Positions 52,751 to 62,399 of a stretch of DNA of 64,000 nucleotides are shown piece by piece. Location: contig CDROCS010000907.1 of assembly GCA_977020255.1 (NCBI GenBank), positions 62,001-126,000 of the forward strand, given 5' to 3'. Every line of letters begins with the position of its first letter. Position 1 is the first letter of the stretch. Source of the DNA: Obrimoposthia wandeli. Its lineage: Eukaryota. Below the pieces are notes generated by a model that worked only from the letters and a program-made list of their open reading frames with translations, was not told where the DNA came from and searched no databases. The position numbers and the translations under genes are program-made.

Positions 52751-55700
52751 ATGACAAGTGGTAGCGATGAAAAACCAGCGAGAATTGGCATGCTCAGAAT
52801 GAAGCACCAAGAGGAACGAGAAGAAATCCGACACATCGCATCACAAGAGATATTAGAAGAAGACGAAGAGATCATAGTCGTTTTCGAAAGAACACAACTA
52901 ACAGATGTGGCGAAAGAAGTCAGTGTAAAAGATGCACTAACAAACGAATTTATGTGCGAACTTAGAGTGTCATATTTCAATGGAAATACACTAGTCGCAG
53001 AACTGCATCAAAACTCCAATGTGTTTACGACTGAGAAAGTGATAATAGAAATCACATTGACATCAAACATAGTTGCATGGCAGAACTATGACAGTACCGA
53101 AGCATGACTAGCCAGTCAGGAAGAAAAAGAACCGGCCGGTGGTAATATACTTCATGGTACACCAAAAAGACTCAAACAGGAATACCATGATGTGATAATG
53201 GTATTACGCAATTCACATGGGAAAAAAGATATAGTGAGAGTTCATTTAATCGACGCCGACACAAAAAAGATAATATGTCAGATGGTCACCAAATACTTTG
53301 ATGGAAAGACCATTGTATGTAATATACCGGTATCTCACCAATTGAAAACAGATCAAACGGAAGTATTTGTAAGGTTGAGCGTAATAGAAGGATTCCATTC
53401 GCCAACCCAACCGGAAGTAACAAACAATAACATCGTTGAAGCAACGGCAGAGTTACGCATTAACAGCGGATACCGAAAGTGGGAAGCTAAAAATAAACCA
53501 CAAAGAATCAATATGATCAGAGAACAAGCGACAAACTCAATCCAGCCAATATATCATGCTGAAATAGTATCATCTGCGCCAAGTGTGATTACATCGATAA
53601 ACGACGAAATTATAATTTTACTAAAAAATCGATGGCCATCATCAACCGAGATACGAGTCAACTTAGTGAATTATGCAAAAACACCGATATCTAAGCTAAA
53701 TGTCACCTATTTCGATGGATTGTCCATCATGGGTAAATTGGAAACAATTGTCATGTGCTATGGAGCACAGTTCCAAGTTGAGATAATTAAGGATAGTGTA
53801 ATACCTTATTAGATTCATAGAGACTCAGGACCAGTCAATCCAATTATTCTAACCCCTTCATTAATTTCAGTTCAAACAGACATACCAGAACACCCTTCGA
53901 GCGAGTCTAGTCAAGACAGCGAACCTGAAAGCAGCGATCCAGAGTCAACAGAATCCGAAGACAACATAATAGAGCGATTTGGAAGAACCATGGAGGTTGA
54001 ATTCGCCAAAGAAAACAGAAAAAGATGAAACATAGAATTCATGGAAAAGAATATACAAGAAAGACGAATTAAATCCGCAGAAGAGACCGAGTCAGAAGAG
54101 GAACTAACGAAGGAACAGACATCAGAGACAAAGATGAATATCTCTCCAGCAATACGAATGCTGAGAGGAAAGAAACTGGCGAAATTATTCATCATAGATG
54201 AACAAATAGAAAAGCGATTAGAAAGACTGAGACTTGAGGAATCAGAATTGATGCCACCAATGAGTGAGATAATTCCAGACATGTTATACCTCGGAAATGT
54301 GGAAGACGCAACAGACGAAAAGAAACTGTTGGAAAAAGGAATAACATATGTGATCAATGTTACAATGAATCACTAATCACGATACAAGACAATCAGAGCT
54401 ATGACATTAAGAGTGAAAGACTAAATGGAGGCTAATCTTCTCGAATGGTTCGGAGAAACAAACGAGATAATTTACAAAGAACTCCAAAACCAAGGAAAAG
54501 TATTGGTACATTGTCAGAAATAAATCTCTAGATCAGCAACCTTGGTATTAGCATATCTAATAAAGAGTAGGCGAATGCAGGTACTAGAAGCGCTGAAATA
54601 TCTACAAGAGAGACGAAGTATCGCGAACCCAAACCTTAATTTTTTGGGACAATTGTCAAATTACCAACTCTTGTTGCAAGAACGGAGACGGATGGATGAC
54701 ATTCCCGAAGATCCAAAGGAAAAGAATTTCCTCCAATCACTATCGTTGACCGGATTATTCTTAGTAGGAGTCGTTAAAATCACCCAGATAATGCCGCAAG
54801 TATTTCTATGTCAACCAATAGATATAGATACTACTGGATTGAAGTTCCACAGTATCAACAGAGTGATTAACATTGTTGAATTCGAAAACGAGATAATCAG
54901 TATATGTCAAAATACTGAAGATGATAATACACGTTATATACATGCTTCAAATCGGGAGGTAACCCACGCACAACTACACCTGAGGAAGTTGACTCAAACT
55001 ATCCAAGCCAAAGTCACAGAAAGAAACGGCGTTCTGATATATCAGAAAAAAGGTACAATGTTAGCACCTACCATAGGTGTATCCTTGTTGGTAGAGTACA
55101 TCAGAGGAAACGATGGTCTACATCAAACAGAATAGACCAGATACGGAATTCAAACCGTTACTCGTTCGAGAAATATAGAAATACTCCGAAAGAAGGTAGC
55201 AACAACGAGAAATGAATGAGTTTTCAACAACAGTGCCCAGCTATCAGTACCGAAGATTGCTAGCACTAGCTTGTTAAGTTGTCTAATGCCAACAACGGGA
55301 GCACAAGAGATAGGCTCCAACCACGGAAATAATTCCTGGATCAAAGAAATCAACAACTACATCATGCAGTACAATACACCGACACTGATGATGCTATTAG
55401 TGTTGATAGGACTGATCGATGTTTGGCTTATCAGAAAATGTATCCGATCCATAAGAACCGACATAGAAAGATTCCAGTTTGTAAAAATGAAGAGATCAAA
55501 CGGACCAACAACCCAAGCACTTGTTTATCTAGACGAAAGGATCGAGGAGAACATAGTGAATGAAGCAATATATTATCCACAAAACAGACGACTGAATCAA
55601 TTCCGAATGGACTATGAAGCTGACCGACAGCGCACACTCGATAGAATATCAGCAACGTTTGCAGGATGCGGGCTTGTAAAATGAATTGTAAAGGAAATAC

Positions 55701-57580
55701 AAAAAGATGCAGATACAAAAGGTACGACGTATATATTCGACGGCGATGTCATCAAAACACGTGAGTATGGAAGTAAGAGAGTGATAATCGAAACGAAGGA
55801 AGGACATAAAACATGCTTGTCCGCCAAAAATGGATTCGGAAAGCTGGTGATACAAGGTAAACAGGTACAGTTGATTATCGGGAAAGCCGGAGTCGAAGAA
55901 ATGTCAAAACAACGCCAGACAACCAAGACAAAACGACATGACCAGAAACGGGTGTATCTGAAACGAATAATAATCAAAACCGTTTTGAAAAGGACGACCA
56001 AGGCCCTGTACACTGTCGCACAAGGATTGATCTACGGAGTAGTAATTGGATTGGTACTACAAGCCATTCCAACGAGTAAAGCTGAATTGATGACGCTACC
56101 TGAATATAATCTACATTTGAGAAATCTAGATAACACCCTAGAAATAATCAAGACGTCTCACAGTAAAGCCGTGATGATCACGTGTGTGAAAGGATATCCA
56201 GAACGAGTATATATAATACCAGCGACAGAAATGAAAAAACTAAATGGATATTATGGAGTTAATGTTGTCACATGTGAAGGATACACATTTGTACAAACTA
56301 AAATAGTACATATCAGTGACATGTCCAAACAAAGTACACATAAATTTAAAATATTAACCATCAAAAGTAAAGGGATACAAGCAATACGTTATGGTATTCT
56401 AGAATTGGTTAATCCAATACTGGCATTGATTATCGGAATCATAATATTAATACTACTCCTCTTGTTTTGTTGTACAAAGATCGAGCTGAAATCAAAAAAG
56501 AAACGTCATGATCTCGCAAGACGAACAGGTAAAATTAATTTACAAAAATTCGACACAACTATACCAAGACCAGCATTAATAAATGAACCAGCACCGGAGT
56601 ATCAGCCAACGATATATGAACATATCGAGGAAAGACCGTACTTCATGAGTAACTTGAGTTATCCCAGAGAAGTTCCTGAGATTCGGATTCGAACGATAAT
56701 AGGAATCATGTTGATCATACAAATCACCACGACCGAGGCTGGTTACGAGATCATGATCAGTAAATGGAGACAAGATACGATACGTGCGTTATACATAGAA
56801 ATACCTATACTAAAAACGAATCACATAGTAGACATTCAACTACAAACATCCGCAACCGAAAATGTCGATCAGAAATTGTATGTCATCCGCCAGATTGAAA
56901 TAAAGATTGACAAACATACACTTTACTACCGACTGATACTATTCTATTATGAAAAGATATTATACCTACGAATAACAATATCAAAAAAGAAACGGATTAT
57001 CCAAATAATCCGAACAAAGTCAGTAATATTGCCTAACGACGAGCGCATCTGGAAAGTTATTGACAGGATTATGGTCACAGGTAAACGACGTAAAACTGTA
57101 TGGAATTCTGTTAATTTATTCTTCAGATTGTTAGAAACTGACCAGGTAACAGTGGCGTGTCCCAATCCAGATGACGGAATCAAATTCGCAATACAACGCC
57201 AAATGTTAGTACCACATTATGATGCAGAATGTCTATGTAACCGAATTTCCAGTGATGCTAAAGAGACCTCTACCGTAATCATAGTAATAACAGGTGAAAT
57301 ATTCTATATAACTCTAAGATACCAGACACGTTGATTTCGTGGACTAGGTATGAGCATCAGACCCAAGAAATTCAATTCCGGGAAACCAAACACAGTCATA
57401 AAGAAGGCAAAGGTGAAAGGAAGACAGCTCCATTCCGAGAAGCCAAAAGCAGTCATAAAAAAAGGCAGAGGTGAAAGGAAAATAGCTCGATTCCAGAAAC
57501 CAAAGCACAATTATCGAGAGGTCAAGAGTGATGGAAACGATTCCACTGGATCTCAAATCTCGAATAATAATACCCTTTAG
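52751..57580 (+). pseudogene. Single ~1,610-codon post-pol frame (TIG-like x3, DUSP, multi-TM env-like polyprotein) with ten internal nonsense codons
   Basis: ORFs 52751, 53192, 54041, 54542, 55271, 55781 and 57350 share one frame; the gaps between them contain only isolated stops (53105, 53810, 54026, 54374, 54422, 54521, 55133, 55217, 55682, 57332). Confidence 0.85.
54260..54680 (+). pseudogene. Dual-specificity protein phosphatase (DUSP/VH1-like) domain within the element polyprotein
   Basis: MSEIIPDMLYLGN...GITYVINVT...RVKD...GKVLVHCQK*ISRSATLVLAYLIK...EALKYLQERRSIANPNLNFLGQL: the full DSP fold motif set, with HCx5R interrupted by a stop. Confidence 0.92.
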
Positions 57581-57699
57581 ACAAAAAACAAAATATCCGA
57601 TACTGCGATTTATTAGAAAATCAGACATAATACACGGAAACCGAACAGCACCAATGGTAACGCCATCTAAACCAACAAACATCAAAATAAAATCAATCC

Positions 57700-57906
57700 T
57701 CAGACAGCGGGATAACTACAGTCAATGCTTTAATTGTAATGGCCGTAGTGTCAACTGCAGTAGTTCTTTTGACAGTCGTGTGCGTGAAAGGCAGTCAGGT
57801 ATGCCCAAGAATACGACGAAGATGCAAAGAGCTACGATGCTGTAATACAACCATGATGGAGGAAGTGGAATTGCGACCCTTACCTCCGCCTCCCATCAAG
57901 ACATGA
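57700..57906 (+). pseudogene. Frameshifted C-terminal transmembrane anchor and Cys/Pro-rich tail of the polyprotein
   Basis: SSDSGITTVNALIVMAVVSTAVVLLTVVCVKGSQVCPRIRRRCKELRCCNTTMMEEVELRPLPPPPIKT*. Confidence 0.6.
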
Positions 57907-58033
57907 CAAGTCAGAGGAGGTTGTAGATAAATTAGTGTGTAAAAATATGTAGAGATATATAGAAGCGAATGTACAAACAAGTGTAGAATCATGTAAAATT
58001 CATGTAGAAATTAATTGTCATCATGTATTTAGA

Positions 58034-58723
58034 ATGTCTGAGGAATGCCCAATATGTTTGGAAGATATAACCGAACGAAGAACAAGACCCAATACATGCA
58101 ACCACCTACACCACGAGGAATGTTTATCAAAATGGATCCCAACTTATGGAGAGTTTCCCCATCCAACATACCCTCGTTGCCCTGTATGCAGAAGACAATT
58201 CACAAAGTTCATCATAATAGAAACCAACCAAGAGGATGTAGATGTACAGGTGGAATTTTGTTGGAAAAATTTGAGAGAAAGTTGGTGTGTATATTCTGTA
58301 CAGCAGAACGACAAGATCCGACCACTTTTGTGTAAACATCACACAACAACCAACCCTAAATCGAGCCCAAATTCAACATCACCCTCTCACAGCAATGTCT
58401 GGAGAATGTTCCATCTGCTACGAGAACATCGTGGACCTCTACACCAAACCCAACAACTGCGAACACAAATTCCATGTCCAATGCCTCGAGACATGGATCC
58501 CAGTTGTCAACAGCAACAAGCCCCTCGACTACTCAACCTGCCCGATGTGCAGGGCATCCTTCTCGGTACACTTCGTATACAACCGAGACTGTCTTCAAGT
58601 AGTGGTACCCATCGTACACTGCTGGAAGGACATCTGCGACTGCTGGTGCATGTTCTGCGCGGAGGAGCGACGCACAGGCCAGTCCGACAGCCAAAAATAA
58701 TCGAAGGTAACTTTTTGAAATAA
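58034..58723 (+). CDS. RING-H2 finger protein 1 (putative E3 ligase)
   Basis: MSEECPIC...TCNHLHHEEC...W...CPVC, a C3H2C3 pattern; the 3' part overlaps RING 2 in another frame. Confidence 0.85.
   Translation: MSEECPICLEDITERRTRPNTCNHLHHEECLSKWIPTYGEFPHPTYPRCPVCRRQFTKFIIIETNQEDVDVQVEFCWKNLRESWCVYSVQQNDKIRPLLCKHHTTTNPKSSPNSTSPSHSNVWRMFHLLREHRGPLHQTQQLRTQIPCPMPRDMDPSCQQQQAPRLLNLPDVQGILLGTLRIQPRLSSSSGTHRTLLEGHLRLLVHVLRGGATHRPVRQPKIIEGNFLK
58395..58700 (+). CDS. RING-H2 finger protein 2 (putative E3 ligase)
   Basis: MSGECSIC...NCEHKFHVQC..TW...CPMC plus a Cys-rich tail HCWKDICDCWCMFC; frame intact. Confidence 0.88.
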   Translation: MSGECSICYENIVDLYTKPNNCEHKFHVQCLETWIPVVNSNKPLDYSTCPMCRASFSVHFVYNRDCLQVVVPIVHCWKDICDCWCMFCAEERRTGQSDSQK

Positions 58724-59017
58724 ACGTGACATCATGAACTAACCCTGTGTATCGCATACCGCGGTAAAATAGCTACCATAATTGTAATCATATTTGTATA
58801 ATCTTGTGAAACTGTAAAATGACCTTTACCAATTTTATGTATGATGTTTATTTGAAATTGTAATTATTATACTGGGAAACCCTAAAGACAATTTTATACT
58901 TAGAATGCGAAAAACATACCCAAAGAAAAGACAAAAATCGGTAGGTTAAAATATTAAGGTTTAAAATCATATAAACTTCAAATAAAAAAGTGATTTAACC
59001 GATACACCATTGTGCAA

Positions 59018-59547
59018 ATGATATGCTCGGTGTGCCTAAACAAAGTTCGGGACTCCTCGGCAATCCCTGCCGGGTGCCGACACCGATTCCACGAAACGTG
59101 CCTCTATATGTGGGCCAAAGCTCGACCCGCCGGCAACATCACATGCCCGATGTGCGAGCACCTTTCACCGAGTGGACGATCCAATGCTGTGGACGTTCAA
59201 AGGGCACCCGCTCACCTACCAGCTGTATTGGTGGCGAGTGGTGTCGATGCCCCATCTGTCCTGTGCGCCGTCGTGACGCGCAGCGCAATGTACGAGAGGT
59301 GTGGTGGTCTAGCCGTGATCACCACTCGTGGCAGTACGCTCGGCGAGTGTGGCTCAGCAACCATGAGCAGCACAGTTCCGGCACCCCTCTAATCCGTTAA
59401 AGCCCGCATCTGAATATTTTCCAGCAGCTAGGGCTTTACCAGGGTGACACTCCAGTGTTCCCAACGTTGCCCCTGGAGCGGGTGATGCTGTTCCTGGAGG
59501 AGCGGAATAGGCCAGTGGCCACCATCAACTTAACAATGGATGACTGA
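59018..59547 (+). pseudogene. RING-H2 finger protein 3, 1-nt frameshift near 59155 and stop at 59398
   Basis: MICSVC...GCRHRFHETC..W...CPMC; the shifted frame continues RAPFT (compare RASFS and RRQFT in the paralogues) with a Cys-rich tail. Confidence 0.8.
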
Positions 59548-60336
59548 TGGAACACTGACACTTTACCCTTTCCTTCACCTTTTCCTTCTCTTAACCTTCT
59601 CATTCTTAAAACAGTCATTTTTGTAAAAATACATGTCAATGGAATATTTGTTGACCATTTCCGAATTATTCGAATAAGACCGAAAAATACCAATTCTTGT
59701 CAACTAGTGGGTATGTTGAAGAGTAATTGAATGTTTGAAATTAAGTGGGGATGTTTTTTCTAAAATCTGGGATTAGTAAATTAAAATCGATACGTTCCGA
59801 GGACGTAACTTTTTTGGAACCCTCGAGATATGTTAGGATTAGGTTTTGATTAATTTAAAATAATTAATCATTTTTATACTAAAATAAAAATCCTTGAAAG
59901 CAAGGTTACAATTAAGATAAAATTAATTATAAAATTAAAATTATAAAAATAAAACCATTGGAAAATATTAGGACCACGAAGGCCATGTGTAAGCATGTGC
60001 AGTATATATAGATATTTAAACTAAACCAAAGGCCCCAAGAAAAACAGAAGAACTTCATTAAAAAGACAGAAACACAATCAAAGAAACATCGAAAAGGAAT
60101 CAAGGTAAGAAATATTAGCATTTAGCTAAATTAATTTCTTCCATATAGAGTGCTCGACAAGGAAACGAACACCGGACTCCATTAGTCATCAGTGGGAGCC
60201 AGCAGATGATAGTCTGCCGAAGAAACCGATTCAATTAGACCGATTCCATTAGGACTGTCACAGGAGGTGAATTTCAATATAAAAGAGAAATTACTTTATT
60301 TTTAAGAAAATATAATCCAGGAGTGAAATTTGGGAA

Positions 60337-60483
60337 CAGAAAGTCAATTTGAGAACTCGTCGATCTAATCCGAGTAGGAGAATAACAGAAAGTCAATTTG
60401 AGAACTCGTCCATCTAATACGAGTAGGAGAATACCAGAAAGGCAATTTGAAAGCTCGTTTATAGAATCCGAGTAGGAGAAAAC
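60337..60483. repeat. Three 49-bp tandem repeats
   Basis: CAGAAAGTCAATTTGAGAACTCGTC...GAGTAGGAGAATA at 60337, 60386 and 60435. Confidence 0.9.
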
Positions 60484-60692
60484 CAAAATAATTAGAGAAG
60501 CAGAAAAGGTGGGTCTGCAACGCAGAAAGCGAATTAACTTTCCTTTTTAGAAATGTAGAAAGGAGACAAAAGGAGGTCTTGTTACACAGACATCTGGGAC
60601 CAGGGAACTCGCACCGGACGCAGCTATCTCGGATTGAGGAAGACGCACTGCGAACTTGCACCAGACGTGCAGGCCTATCCGGAGGAAGGTAA

Positions 60693-60960
60693 GAAGTGCG
60701 AATTGATTTTATTCTAAAATAAGTGTTGTATTGAAGTAAATTTAAACGAAGAAGTGCGAATTGATTTTATTCTAAAACAGTGTTATATTAAAGTGAATTT
60801 TGAACGAAGAAGTGCGAATTGATTATTTATTCTAAAATAGTTTTTTTTTATTGTTGAATTTTGATAAAGAAGTTAAAGTAAAACTTGAAATTGCCCTATA
60901 TTTTACCGTTGAATTTTGATAAAGAAGTTAAAGTAAAAACCCTAAACTGCCCATATATTT
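60693..60960. repeat. Three 58-bp repeats followed by two 55-bp repeats
   Basis: GAAGTGCGAATTGATTTTATTCTAAAA at 60693, 60751 and 60809; GTTGAATTTTGATAAAGAAGTTAAAGTAAAA at 60853 and 60908. Confidence 0.88.
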
Positions 60961-62399
60961 AGAGTAAAGACTCTAGTTAACAAACGACCCTCAATTAAAA
61001 TCGATACGTGGACCATCACCAGTTGTGTAGAGACTTGTGAATGTCTTAGGAATAGTATTGTCAATTTTAGAACGTAATTAGAACGTGTTTAGCTTAGTGT
61101 GTCTAGTAATAAAAGATTTCCTACAACTAAACAGCGTTGTTATAGACCCTTCAAATTTAGAAATAACAAACCTTCAAATAAACTTAGAGACAGGCAAGCA
61201 TAACATTAAGTAGGCCACAAACATCTACAAGCCCTGCTTCTATAGAACTCACGTTGGGGCCTTCCATTCAGAGGATCTATATTAAAAAACAGTTTCATAT
61301 AGAAACCCCAACAAAAAGATAGATTAAAAAAAATCTTCTAACAATTAAAGTCTAGGAGAGATTTAGATGGACTTGATATTAATTACTTAACAAGATACAC
61401 AAGTTATAAAAAATCAAATTTTACTACTAAGAACAATTCTCATCATAAAAGGTCATAACCATAGAGTATATGCTCTACTGGACTAAGTCATAACAACTAG
61501 TATTATTAGTGACTAAGTTGTTGACTATCTAAATGTGAAGGGCTATATGGAGTCAATACCTATTTGAAAGATTGAAAGAAGAAAAAAGTAAAAGAGTTGT
61601 TAAGTGGTAAGCTGCAAAATTGAAAGTTATAATATACAAATAAGAAAATTTAATAGTGTTTTGGCGATTAAACAAACATCAGCCAAATTAAATGTTATAT
61701 ATATTGGGAAGATGCAACAAGACATTGAAATCATCTAAAATGAATAACGTTTCTTTCGATAGGAAAAGCAAGACATCAATAAGCTCCTTGGTTCGGACAA
61801 AATTGAATTACAGCGGTCTATTATCTTGTCGTTAGAAATAGAGGTGATCACGTAGACAGATTAACTTCACTGAAGTAAACATGCATATGAAGAGTAAAAG
61901 TAAATAAAGCTGTACAAAATCAAACAAATTTCATTCACACGTTGTCAATAAATACTGAGATTGACGTTCAATTAAAAAAATTAAGAAGTGGATAATATTA
62001 AAAATATATATGAGACGTCTTAAACCATTAAAGACTTATATATCAATCAACAACTAATTCATTACCTGAATGGATGGTCAGTACTCAATAAAAATCCAAG
62101 GGAACAAAATAAAAGTAAATTATTTTTTAATAATAATTAAAAAAAAAATTGTGCTAAATAATGATGCCTTGTTGAAAAGGGAATATGAAAATTTTGTTAT
62201 TATTTACCAGTTTTTATGACCTTAATAAAGTAATATATTAAAATTTTGATTATTTTTTAATTAAGCCTTACATTTACAAGATTCAATTATTTACTGAGTT
62301 TCAACCTGGATACTGTTGTATTTGTTATGGCTTTGAAAATATTAATGTTTATATATCAGATATAATTTTTATCATATAATAGGACAATTTTTTGGAAGC

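Larger units (their letters stand above)
48700..61170 (+). mobile_element. Giant cargo-bearing Ty3/gypsy LTR retroelement (5' end truncated or decayed; boundaries approximate)
   Basis: Continuous A-rich, intron-free coding composition from pol through cargo ORFs to an LTR-like repeat block; no 5' LTR or gag recognised. Confidence 0.7.
60256..61170 (+). mobile_element. LTR-like segment (no partner LTR in window)
   Basis: Begins TGTCAC, ends near ATAACA; contains TATAAAA (60278), a strong donor AAG|GTAAGA (60689), AATAAA (61108) and short tandem arrays. Confidence 0.35.

Noticed and set aside
54374-54523. Three consecutive in-frame TAA codons in the DUSP suggested stop-codon reassignment (ciliate-type code)
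   Set aside because: Other interruptions in the same frame are TGA and TAG, pol has frameshifts, one TAA sits at an invariant Gly, and mTOR exons show no in-frame TAA/TAG. Ordinary decay explains it.
48663-57992. Hydrophobic minus-strand ORFs across the retroelement (e.g. 49164-49658, 53911-54357, 55612-56013)
   Set aside because: Antisense shadows of A-rich plus-strand coding sequence; no independent motifs.
60337-60960. Regular short repeats considered as a CRISPR-like array
   Set aside because: The units are contiguous tandem copies with no unique spacers, in a eukaryotic LTR-like context.
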